The notes under the pieces: model-generated | What the model saw: only the letters and a program-made list of their open reading frames with translations | Databases searched by the model: none | Told to the model about the DNA's origin: nothing | Source: Candidatus Dojkabacteria bacterium | GTDB taxonomy: Bacteria > Patescibacteriota > Dojkabacteria > J137 | Length of the DNA: 39,240 nucleotides | Direction of reading: 5' to 3' | NCBI GenBank assembly: GCA_041750555.1 | Contig: JBGSZB010000010.1 | Coordinates: 1-39,240 of the forward strand | In this document: piece after piece, positions 10,059 to 18,835 of the stretch | Position numbering within the stretch: the first letter of the stretch is position 1 | Layout of the letters: each line of letters opens with the position of its first letter | Translations under genes and position numbers: made by a program

Positions 10059-11300
10059 TTATACATTGGTGATTCTCATAGCCCTCTCAAACAACCTTCT
10101 TCCAAATTTCTTTTTACTCTGAGGGTTTGAGCTAGTGCTATTATTTGAAGCATCTCCGCTTTTAATATTTTGTCCTGGAGAAATAACTCCTCTAAGTTGA
10201 AGCTCTTGATAAAGTCTTTGTATTAAAATATTTTTTTGTTGAAGTAATGCATTCTGGCTATCTTGTAATGCTTTTGTATCTGAAACTGTTGATCTTAAAA
10301 GTGCTACTTCACTTTCTAACTTTTGAACACTAGTTCTTAATTCTTTAGATTCTTTCCCATCTTTTAACAAGTCTTTGTATTCTTTAGAATCTATTAATTT
10401 TTTATACAACTCTTCTTCACTAACTCCCTGGTTTAAATAAAGGTTTAAATCACTTTGAGATATCTCTTTATCAAATACTTTTTTATATACATCTTTAATC
10501 ATCTCTTTTCTTTTTTCTCTATCCATTAACATTCCACTTGATTGAGATGTAGCGGGTGTACTAAAACTTGGTGCAGGTGGGAATTGTGGTAGTGGATTAA
10601 CAGGTAGAGCTGGAGTTGTAGTATTAAAAGTTATTGGAGTATTACTAGGTGCACTACTAGATGTATTAGCATTATTATTTACTGAATTCGCATTTGTATC
10701 TACATTTTGATTATTAGCAGGAGTTGAAGTAGTTAAAGTCTTTTCATTTTTTAAAAACTCATCTATTCCATCAACTATTGATTCAGCTAATTTTTTAAAC
10801 TTTTCTTCATCTTTAATTATTGCAATATCTTCTGGATTATCTATATAGAGGGATTCTACACATGTACCTGTAGGGTTAGTTGCATTTAATATTAATAGGG
10901 AAGTTAATTCATGTTCATATTCACTTTTTGAACCTTGATTTTGATATCCAGTTAATTTAGATATATGGTTTACTAATGTTTCAGTAAGTTTTTGAGATCT
11001 ATTGTTACTATCTGCATTACCTCTAAACCATCCTTCAATTCCTCTTTTACCTCCATCGTTAATATGTAGTTCTACAAATATATCACCATTAGCTTCGGTA
11101 AAGCCTGTATTGTTAATCCATTCTATTCTTTGCCAAAGTGGTAAATCAAGTGGTACTGCTTTGTATTCTATTTTTTTAGCATCAAGAAGTGGAAGACATA
11201 GTCCTAAAAGTTTTCTTGTTAAATCTGCTTCTCTTAAATCCTGATAAACTGCTCCAGGATTTTCTACTGTATGAGCTGCCGAAATTAATAACCTTGCCAT
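10059..11300 (-). CDS. N-acetylmuramoyl-L-alanine amidase (Amidase_3-type) with low-complexity linker, DUF4214-like and coiled-coil C-terminal region
   Basis: N-terminal catalytic blocks SAAHTVENPGA, READLTRKL and FVELHINDGG. An N/T/S/P-rich linker follows. Then IKDVYKKVFDKEISQSDLNLYLNQGVSEEELYKKLIDSKEYKDLL (DUF4214-like pattern), a heptad-rich segment and a basic tail. No N-terminal signal peptide or TM is visible. Confidence 0.8.
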   Translation of the reverse strand: MARLLISAAHTVENPGAVYQDLREADLTRKLLGLCLPLLDAKKIEYKAVPLDLPLWQRIEWINNTGFTEANGDIFVELHINDGGKRGIEGWFRGNADSNNRSQKLTETLVNHISKLTGYQNQGSKSEYEHELTSLLILNATNPTGTCVESLYIDNPEDIAIIKDEEKFKKLAESIVDGIDEFLKNEKTLTTSTPANNQNVDTNANSVNNNANTSSSAPSNTPITFNTTTPALPVNPLPQFPPAPSFSTPATSQSSGMLMDREKRKEMIKDVYKKVFDKEISQSDLNLYLNQGVSEEELYKKLIDSKEYKDLLKDGKESKELRTSVQKLESEVALLRSTVSDTKALQDSQNALLQQKNILIQRLYQELQLRGVISPGQNIKSGDASNNSTSSNPQSKKKFGRRLFERAMRITNV

Positions 11301-11362
11301 ATATTAATATTATCTATACTAGATTTTACTATATATATGCTTTATCTTAAATAGTTGAAGGG

Positions 11363-12229
11363 TTATATTAATTCTGTAAGAATCTTATCTAACTCTTTAT
11401 CATTTTTAAAAGGAATTGTAATTTTACCTCCCTTAGAGGAACGTGATATTGAAGTTTTAATTCCAAATTTAGATTTTAAATTATTTTCAATCTCAGTAGT
11501 TTTATCATCAAGTATTCTCATGTGTTTTTTTAATTTAATACTTTTACCAGTATTTAATCTTCTTACTAATTCTTCAACACCTCTAACTGATAAGTGATCT
11601 CTAACTGTAATTTTATATGCAGCAATTAAAGTTTCAGGGTTATTTAATCCTAATAAAGCTCTAGCATGACCTTCTTGTATTTTATTCTCCATTAATGCAG
11701 CTTTTAATTCTTCAGGGAGGGCGAGTAATCTCATTTTATTTGAAATAGCTACTGCACTTAATCCAACCTTTTTTGAAATTTGTTCTAATCCTAATTTAAA
11801 GCTTTTATGTAGTTGTTCAAAAGCTAATGCTTCTTCTAATGGATTTAAATCTTCTCTTTGAATATTTTCAATAATTGCGAGCTCTAACATCTCTTGAGGA
11901 GAAGTTTCTTTAACAACTACAGGAACACTATCTAATCCGGCTAATTTAGCTGCTTTCCATCTTCTTTCTCCTGCGATAAGTTCGTATTTATTTTCAGTAG
12001 CCTTAGTAACAAGCAAAGGTTCAATTATTCCATGTTCTCTAATAGAGTCAGATAATTCTACTAAAGTTTCAGGTTTAATCTCCATTCTAGGTTGATATGG
12101 ATTTGGAACAATATATCCAATTGGTAGTTTGGCAATATATCCCTTTTCGTATCCTTTAGATATTGCATCTACTTGATCTTTTGAGATTAATGCTGAAAGT
12201 CCTTTTCCTAAACCTGTGTTTTTTGTCAT
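11363..12229 (-). CDS. parB: Chromosome partitioning protein ParB/Spo0J
   Basis: GLGKGLSALI, the ParB box LIAGERRWKAAKLAG and an HTH segment. Immediately downstream of parA. Confidence 0.95.
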   Translation of the reverse strand: MTKNTGLGKGLSALISKDQVDAISKGYEKGYIAKLPIGYIVPNPYQPRMEIKPETLVELSDSIREHGIIEPLLVTKATENKYELIAGERRWKAAKLAGLDSVPVVVKETSPQEMLELAIIENIQREDLNPLEEALAFEQLHKSFKLGLEQISKKVGLSAVAISNKMRLLALPEELKAALMENKIQEGHARALLGLNNPETLIAAYKITVRDHLSVRGVEELVRRLNTGKSIKLKKHMRILDDKTTEIENNLKSKFGIKTSISRSSKGGKITIPFKNDKELDKILTELI

Positions 12230-12267
12230 ATCTTATTCTAATAAAGTTAGTAAAGCACTACAAGTAT

Positions 12268-13068
12268 TTAATCTTTAATAATATTTGGTCTTAGCATACT
12301 CTTCTTTCCTTCAAACCTATTTATAACTTCATTAGCTAAATTAAAGTAAGCTAGAGCTCCACTGGAGTACGGTGCATATTCATAAATTGTTAAACTTCTA
12401 GATGGAGCTTCGGATAATCTAATGCTTCTTGGAATTACACTATCAAATACTTTACCTTCAAAAAAGTTTCTAACTTCTTTTGCTACATCTTTAGATAAAT
12501 TTGTTCTTGAGTCATACATTGTAAGGATTACTCCTCCAATATCTAGTGTTTCATTTAAATTCTCTCTCACCATAGTTACAGTATTTATTAATTGACCTAA
12601 TCCCTCTAGTGCATAATATTCACATTGTACAGGTATTAAAACCTTTTCACTTGCTACAAGTCCATTAACTGTAAGTAATCCAAGTGATGGAGGACAATCT
12701 ATTATTACAAAGTCGTAATCATTAACAATTTTATTTAGTGCTTTTTTTAAAATATTCTCTCTTGACACTTTAGAAACCATTTCCACTTCTGCTCCTGCTA
12801 ATTCTATAGAAGAGGGTAGTAAGAATAAGTTATCAATACGAGTAGGGTATATTGCTTTTTTAGTATCTAAATCAGAAATTAGGACATTATATATACTATT
12901 ATATTTTTCTTTAAGTTCATTAGTTAAAAGTCCTGATGTTAAATTTGATTGTGGATCTAAATCTACAATTAATATTTTCTTATTTAATGTAGACATGTAT
13001 GAACCTAAATTCATTACTGATGTTGTTTTACCCACTCCACCTTTTTGATTAGTTATAGAAAATATCAT
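12268..13068 (-). CDS. parA: Chromosome partitioning ATPase ParA/Soj
   Basis: Deviant Walker A NQKGGVGKTT, plus VDLDPQ and VIIDCPPSLG. Confidence 0.95.
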   Translation of the reverse strand: MIFSITNQKGGVGKTTSVMNLGSYMSTLNKKILIVDLDPQSNLTSGLLTNELKEKYNSIYNVLISDLDTKKAIYPTRIDNLFLLPSSIELAGAEVEMVSKVSRENILKKALNKIVNDYDFVIIDCPPSLGLLTVNGLVASEKVLIPVQCEYYALEGLGQLINTVTMVRENLNETLDIGGVILTMYDSRTNLSKDVAKEVRNFFEGKVFDSVIPRSIRLSEAPSRSLTIYEYAPYSSGALAYFNLANEVINRFEGKKSMLRPNIIKD

Positions 13069-13094
13069 TATATTCTTTGTTTAATTTTTTACAC

Positions 13095-13694
13095 TTAATT
13101 AACAAAAGTGTATCCGTGATTCATTATTGTTACTTTGTTAATAGGTAAATATCTAATTAATACTTTACCTTTTAACCAATCTCTTTTTATTAATCCAATA
13201 TCAGAATATCTTGAATCATGACTATTATTTCTATTATCTCCCATTAAGAAGTATTCATTAGTAGATAATGTTTTTTCACTACCGTTTTCTTGAATAAAAC
13301 TGCCACCTTTTGTGTAAGTGTCAGGTGCTAAATAATCTTCTTTAATTAATTGTCCATTAACATACACTTGTCCAGCTTTTAAGGCAACGCTATCTCCAGG
13401 AATTGCAATTACTCTTTTTATAAAGTCATCAAATCCCGGCTTTTGAAATACAACAATATCACCTCTATCATATTTAATTCCTATGCTTTCTCCAAAAGGA
13501 GTGCCTCCTAACCATTGATGAATTTTACTAGTTAAAACTATCTCTCCATTTTCAAATGTTGGATTCATAGAGAGTCCTTCTATCTGATTTGGAGTAGCTA
13601 TAAAGATATATATAACTATACAAATAGCTATTGCAATAACTATTGATTGAAGAAACTCAATAATATTTCCTTTTAAATCAAAATTTTGAATCAT
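13095..13694 (-). CDS. lepB: Signal peptidase I
   Basis: N-terminal TM segment and SPase I boxes GLSMNPT (Ser), KRVIAIPGD (Lys) and GDNRNNSHDSR. The start overlaps the ileS stop by 4 nt. Confidence 0.9.
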   Translation of the reverse strand: MIQNFDLKGNIIEFLQSIVIAIAICIVIYIFIATPNQIEGLSMNPTFENGEIVLTSKIHQWLGGTPFGESIGIKYDRGDIVVFQKPGFDDFIKRVIAIPGDSVALKAGQVYVNGQLIKEDYLAPDTYTKGGSFIQENGSEKTLSTNEYFLMGDNRNNSHDSRYSDIGLIKRDWLKGKVLIRYLPINKVTIMNHGYTFVN

Positions 13695-16600
13695 TTAGTC
13701 TTACTTACTTCTATCCAAACTATACTATCACCTATTTTACACTCTTTCATCATTTCTGTTTTATTTTTTATTATTTCCAAACTTTTAGCATTAACTGTTT
13801 TTAATATATTTTCTTTTTCAGTAAGCAATATATTAACTAGAGAGTCTACTTGTGTATTTTCATCTACAAATACATTTATATCTGCCAATTCTCCCATTTC
13901 TAATCCTAATGTTTTTCTCAGGGATTGTATACTTCTAGTAATTTCTCTTAGGGAACCCAGTTTAGATAACTCATCATTTATAAATATATCTAATCCCACT
14001 TTAATATTAAGGGAAGTATCCTCTAATACCTTTAATTTCTCACCTTCTTCTAAGCTTAATGCTTCTGCTACATCTAAAACATTTAATTCTCCCCTTAACA
14101 TCTCTTCCATCCAAGAAGCAATAGTTGGATTTTCTTGATTTAAATTAACTATTAAAAGTTTAGATAATGGTTGTCTAACTTTTAAACCACTTTCAGTTCT
14201 TAAATTATGTCCTAATTCTGTAATCTTTCTTACAAAATTCATTTCATTTTCTAAACTAGAATATTCTTTAATAAATCTTAAATCAGCTTCTGGGTAATTA
14301 GTTAAATGTATTGATTCTAAACAATCTTTGAATTGAGAAACTACAAGCTCTTTGTATATATGTTCAGTTACAAACGGAGCAAATGGAGCTAGTAATTTCA
14401 TAGTTTCAATAAAAACGTAGTACAACGTATTTAATGCATCACTATTCCCCTCAAAGAATCTATCTCTTGATCTTCTAATATACCATTTTGAAATATCATC
14501 AAGTAAATCTTTAATACTTCTAGTTGCTCTTGGTATGTAGTAAGAGTCTAGGGAAGTTGTAACATTTAATATTGTTTGTTGTAATCTTAATAATATCCAA
14601 GCATCTAACTCATTCTCTATATCATCAAATGGAATATGATCCCATGGGTGTGTATCTTCAAAGTTATGCCTAGTGTTATACGCTAAATCAGCTGTTGGTG
14701 TCCAATTATGTATATTTGCATAAGTTGTAAGATAGCTAAATATATTCCATAGAGGTAACATAAATTCTTGTGCATGACTTCTTAATGTAGCTTCACTTAT
14801 AGTGCTATCTTCTCCTGCTGATATTGGAGAATTATAAAAGTTTAATCTAATAGTATCAGCTCCATATTTTTCTACAGTTGGTTTTGGATCTGTATAGTTT
14901 TTCTTTGATTTACTTTGTTTTACACCATGATCATCAAGAGTAAATCCACTAACTATTACATTTTGAAAAGCTTCTGAGTTAAATAGTGCAGTAGAAATTG
15001 CATGTAGGGTATAAAACCAACCTCTTGTTTGATCAACACTTTCTGCAATGTATTGTGCAGGAAATTTCTTTTCAAATTTATCCTTATTCTCAAAAGGGTA
15101 ATGAAATCTAGCAAATGGCATAGCTCCTGAATCGTACCAAACATCTATTACATCTGGAATTCTAGTATAAGTTTCACCATCTAGTTTAAATGTAATATCA
15201 TCTACATATGGTCTATGAGGATCACTTAATTCAATTCCAGATAATGTTTTTAATTCTTCAAAAGAACCAACAAACATTATTTTTCCACTCTCGCTTTTCC
15301 ATACAGGAAGTGGAGTTCCCCAGTATCTTAATCTAGAAATTCCCCAGTCTTTAATCTCACTTAACCAATTACCAAATCTACCATCTTTCATATGTTCAGG
15401 TACCCAGTTTATCTTGTTATTGTTTTCAACTAAGTTAGTTCTTAAATTACTCATAGCAACATACCAAGATGTAATTGGTTTATATATTAATGGAGTATTA
15501 GTTCTCCAACACATTGGCATATCATGAACATATTCTTCAACTCTAAATAGTCTATTACTACTTTTTAGATCTTCTATTATTTTTAAATTAGCATCTCTGT
15601 AATTTAATCCAGAGTATGGAGGTATTTCATCTGTAAAGTCTCCCTGATCATCTAAGTAATCAAAGCTTTTTATTCCAATCTTTTGAAACATTTCATTATC
15701 TTCCTCTCCATATGGAGCTAAATGAACAATTCCAGTTCCAGATTCACTTGTTACATGATCACCTAAATATATTTTATGAGCCTTATCTCGAGCTTTATAG
15801 AAATCAAATGGTGGTACATATTCTAATCCAACAAGATCATCGCTTGTAAGTCTACCAACTACTTCATATTCTTTTTCTCTAAATATATTTTCTACAACTT
15901 CTTCTGCTACTATATATATTTTTTCATTTAATTCATTATCCTCAGGAACACTCTCTATTTTCTTTAACTTAACTTGAACATATTTAATATCTTTTCCAAT
16001 TGCGAGACCTAGGTTTCCAGGAATAGTCCAAGGAGTTGTAGTCCAAGCTAAAACAAAGCTTTTTAAATCATTTTTTAATTGAAATTCAACAGTAATTGCA
16101 GGATCAGTAAATGGTTTGTATCCACCTAATGCTACTTCTGCATTAGATAGGGTAGTACCAGCTCTAGTAGAGTATGGAACAACTTTAAATCCTTCGTATA
16201 ATAATCCTTTAGTGAAAAGTTCTTTTAATGACCACCAAATAGATTCAATATATTTTTTATCCATTGTGGCATATTCCTCTTCTTTATTTGTAAGTCTACC
16301 CATCATCTCTTCTAACTCAATAATGTTTTGTCTGTATTTCATTACAGATTCTCTACAAAGATCATTAAACTTAGCTATACCAAACTTTTCTATATCTTTC
16401 TTTTCTTTAAAACCTAGTTTTTTTTCAACTTCATACTCTACAGGAATACCTTGACAATCCCATCCTAAACTTCTAACAACTCTAAAACCTTTCATAGTCC
16501 AGTATCTTGGAATAATATCTTTCATTGCAAATGTAAGCATATGTCCTGTATGAGGTTCTCCATTAGCAGTTATTGGTCCATCATAAAATGTCCTAGACAT

Positions 16601-16714
16601 CTCATTAGGTCTTTGATCAATTGATTTCTCTAAAATATTATTATTCTTCCAATACTGTAATAACTCTTTTTCTAAAGAGTAAAAGTCTGGTTTAGAATTA
16701 GGTTTCGTAAACAT
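13691..16714 (-). CDS. ileS: Isoleucine--tRNA ligase (type-2 / Thermus- and eukaryote-like form)
   Basis: HIGH-class motif GPITANGEPHTGH, KMSKS-class motif KQSKSKKN, and GWDCQGIPVEYEVEKKLG. The block YIESIWWSLKELFTKGLLYEGFKVVPYS matches my recollection of type-2 IleRS. 1007 aa. Confidence 0.93.
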   Translation of the reverse strand: MFTKPNSKPDFYSLEKELLQYWKNNNILEKSIDQRPNEMSRTFYDGPITANGEPHTGHMLTFAMKDIIPRYWTMKGFRVVRSLGWDCQGIPVEYEVEKKLGFKEKKDIEKFGIAKFNDLCRESVMKYRQNIIELEEMMGRLTNKEEEYATMDKKYIESIWWSLKELFTKGLLYEGFKVVPYSTRAGTTLSNAEVALGGYKPFTDPAITVEFQLKNDLKSFVLAWTTTPWTIPGNLGLAIGKDIKYVQVKLKKIESVPEDNELNEKIYIVAEEVVENIFREKEYEVVGRLTSDDLVGLEYVPPFDFYKARDKAHKIYLGDHVTSESGTGIVHLAPYGEEDNEMFQKIGIKSFDYLDDQGDFTDEIPPYSGLNYRDANLKIIEDLKSSNRLFRVEEYVHDMPMCWRTNTPLIYKPITSWYVAMSNLRTNLVENNNKINWVPEHMKDGRFGNWLSEIKDWGISRLRYWGTPLPVWKSESGKIMFVGSFEELKTLSGIELSDPHRPYVDDITFKLDGETYTRIPDVIDVWYDSGAMPFARFHYPFENKDKFEKKFPAQYIAESVDQTRGWFYTLHAISTALFNSEAFQNVIVSGFTLDDHGVKQSKSKKNYTDPKPTVEKYGADTIRLNFYNSPISAGEDSTISEATLRSHAQEFMLPLWNIFSYLTTYANIHNWTPTADLAYNTRHNFEDTHPWDHIPFDDIENELDAWILLRLQQTILNVTTSLDSYYIPRATRSIKDLLDDISKWYIRRSRDRFFEGNSDALNTLYYVFIETMKLLAPFAPFVTEHIYKELVVSQFKDCLESIHLTNYPEADLRFIKEYSSLENEMNFVRKITELGHNLRTESGLKVRQPLSKLLIVNLNQENPTIASWMEEMLRGELNVLDVAEALSLEEGEKLKVLEDTSLNIKVGLDIFINDELSKLGSLREITRSIQSLRKTLGLEMGELADINVFVDENTQVDSLVNILLTEKENILKTVNAKSLEIIKNKTEMMKECKIGDSIVWIEVSKTK

Positions 16715-16808
16715 AAAATAGCGGTTAAAATGAATAGATGTATTTTACATTGATATTAGATACATTGTCTATTAACAATGCTTAATATTAATTAATTATT
16801 TAGTATAA

Positions 16809-17660
16809 ATGAATAAATTGTTATCAAAAGTCTTAGAGTCTAAAAAGTATAAAGGTATTGATATCTCTTTAGTTGAAGAAATATATAATATTAATAAATT
16901 AAAGTATAAGAAAGAGAAGGAGGTTATTAATAAAACTAAAACTCAATTACATCAAATCTGGGGAGCTTTTAATAATGATGGTATTGATTATGAAGAATTA
17001 AAGAATAATGTTAAAAATTCAGCAAAATTAAATAACGATTATATTGATATCTTTAACGCATTATTACTTCTACATAAATCATCACGTGAGCGAATTACTT
17101 TTATTAATGAATTCTATTACAGAATTTTTGATAGTGTAGGGGAGTATAAAAATATTTTAGATATTGGTTGTGCATTTAATCCATTCTCAATTCCATTTAT
17201 GAATTTAAAATCTAATACCCTTTATACAGGAATTGATATTGATAATAACGAAATTAAATTTTTAAAGTGGGTATTTAAGTTTTTAGGTAAAGATATTACT
17301 AAGTTTGATTTAGATGTAAATGTAGATTTTGAAGTTGATAATGCTTTTAGTTTAAAAGTTTTAGATAATTCAAAAAAAGATAACAAAGAGAAATATGATG
17401 TAATCTTTTTATTTAAATTACTACCTTTATTAGAACTTATAAAAAAGGGTTCATCTAAGGAGCTTTTATTAAAATTAATTAACTATAATCCCAAAGTTAA
17501 GTTAGTTGTAAGTTTCCCATTAAAAAGTTTAAGTGGAAGGGAGGTTGGAATGAGTAAACACTATAAAACAGAATATACTAAGCTTTATAGTGAATTAGGA
17601 TTAGATTATGAAGAGATAGATTTTGTTAATGAGGTAGTATATGTTTTAAATAAATCCTAG
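16809..17660 (+). CDS. 16S rRNA (guanine1405-N7)-methyltransferase family protein (ArmA/Rmt/FmrO-like, aminoglycoside-resistance type)
   Basis: Several collinear blocks match my recollection of ArmA: VLESKKYKGI (ArmA ILESKKYENL), TQLHQIWGAF (KKLHQIWGSY), SAM loop ILDIGCAFNP (ILDFGCGFNP), YDVIFLFKLLPLLE (YDVVFLLKMLPVLK), VVSFPLKSLSGREVGM (VISFPIKSLSGKEKGM) and NEVVYVL (NELVYIT). Confidence 0.8.
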   Translation: MNKLLSKVLESKKYKGIDISLVEEIYNINKLKYKKEKEVINKTKTQLHQIWGAFNNDGIDYEELKNNVKNSAKLNNDYIDIFNALLLLHKSSRERITFINEFYYRIFDSVGEYKNILDIGCAFNPFSIPFMNLKSNTLYTGIDIDNNEIKFLKWVFKFLGKDITKFDLDVNVDFEVDNAFSLKVLDNSKKDNKEKYDVIFLFKLLPLLELIKKGSSKELLLKLINYNPKVKLVVSFPLKSLSGREVGMSKHYKTEYTKLYSELGLDYEEIDFVNEVVYVLNKS

Positions 17661-17731
17661 ATAAAGTATATAGGGTATTAGAAATATATAACTTGAGTGT
17701 TATTATTTTCTATACTTCTTATATTTAATAT

Positions 17732-18298
17732 ATGGGTACTTCAATTGCTTCTCTCAGAGATAGAGTTTCGGAATTTTTAATGTATAGTCCAGTAAGAAGA
17801 GATCAGCATAATAAAATTATTGCACTACCAAACTCAACTGACTGGGAATATTTAGATAGACTTGAGGATTTTAAAGAAAGATCAATTGGATTAGAGGGGT
17901 TTAATGATGAAGAAATTAATATTGAATTTGGTGCAAGGAAAGAAGCAATGAAGCGTTTAAGGTTTGCATTGTTAGCTTTTGATATTGACGAGGAATATTA
18001 TCAATCAAAAGAGCGCGGTTTTAAGGAAATTATAGAAACTAAAGTAACTACAGCAGAAAAGATGGGTTATTTAGTTGTAGCTCTGATTAATTTTAAAGAC
18101 AGGGGAGATATAAATAGCTTTAGAGAATTTTTAATGGTTTTAAATTTAATTCATAGACACTATCAGAATAGATTAGCTTTTAAAGATTACAGTTTTTTCC
18201 ATGGTTTAATTTATAGTTTTACAAGTGAGGAAATTAGTAAACTAGTGTCATTAGTAGATAGTATGAGAAATAGGGATCTATGGCAATTAGAGGGATAA
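17732..18298 (+). CDS. Hypothetical protein (188 aa)
   Basis: ORF co-directional with its neighbours and helix-rich. No motif recognised. Confidence 0.5.
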   Translation: MGTSIASLRDRVSEFLMYSPVRRDQHNKIIALPNSTDWEYLDRLEDFKERSIGLEGFNDEEINIEFGARKEAMKRLRFALLAFDIDEEYYQSKERGFKEIIETKVTTAEKMGYLVVALINFKDRGDINSFREFLMVLNLIHRHYQNRLAFKDYSFFHGLIYSFTSEEISKLVSLVDSMRNRDLWQLEG

Positions 18299-18361
18299 AT
18301 ATAGACCATAAAAATTTTAGGTTAATTAACGCTCTTTATTATATTTTTTAATATTTAACAA

Positions 18362-18808
18362 ATGTCAGATAAACCTTCATTCAAAGTAGATACATTTAAT
18401 CCGGAATTAAAATCTTTGGATCAATCAAAAAAAGAAGCAGCTACTAGATTTTTAGAGGTAATTAACAACTGTGATATTGATGGTATACTGGAGCGAACAG
18501 GATATTTAGTGGGTAGCGAACTAAATAAAGATAAAGCTAGGAGCGTAGCGAATGAATATTTATCAACCCATAATCAAGATTCAGTATCTTCAGCAGTAGT
18601 TGAATTGGTATATTCTGATCCAAGTGAAATAGAAGAGAAGCTGGCAAATTTAATAGTAATGATGATTGATTTTAGAGAAGAAGCTGAGTTACATACTCCA
18701 TTAGAAGCAGGTAAATGGTTTAATATACCTCTTCATTATTTACCAACTGAAATATTAGTAGGTGTAACAAAAGTTATTGAACACTTCTCATCTCCTGTAG
18801 AAGCATAG
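18362..18808 (+). CDS. Hypothetical protein (148 aa, acidic)
   Basis: ORF co-directional with its neighbours. No motif recognised. Confidence 0.5.
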   Translation: MSDKPSFKVDTFNPELKSLDQSKKEAATRFLEVINNCDIDGILERTGYLVGSELNKDKARSVANEYLSTHNQDSVSSAVVELVYSDPSEIEEKLANLIVMMIDFREEAELHTPLEAGKWFNIPLHYLPTEILVGVTKVIEHFSSPVEA

Positions 18809-18835
18809 TAGGTTTTTAAATGATAAAATATATCC

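Noticed and set aside
16715-16808. T-box leader or other riboswitch upstream of ileS.
   Set aside because: The spacer is only 94 nt and is shared with a divergent gene. That is too short for a T-box, and no specifier or T-box sequence is visible.
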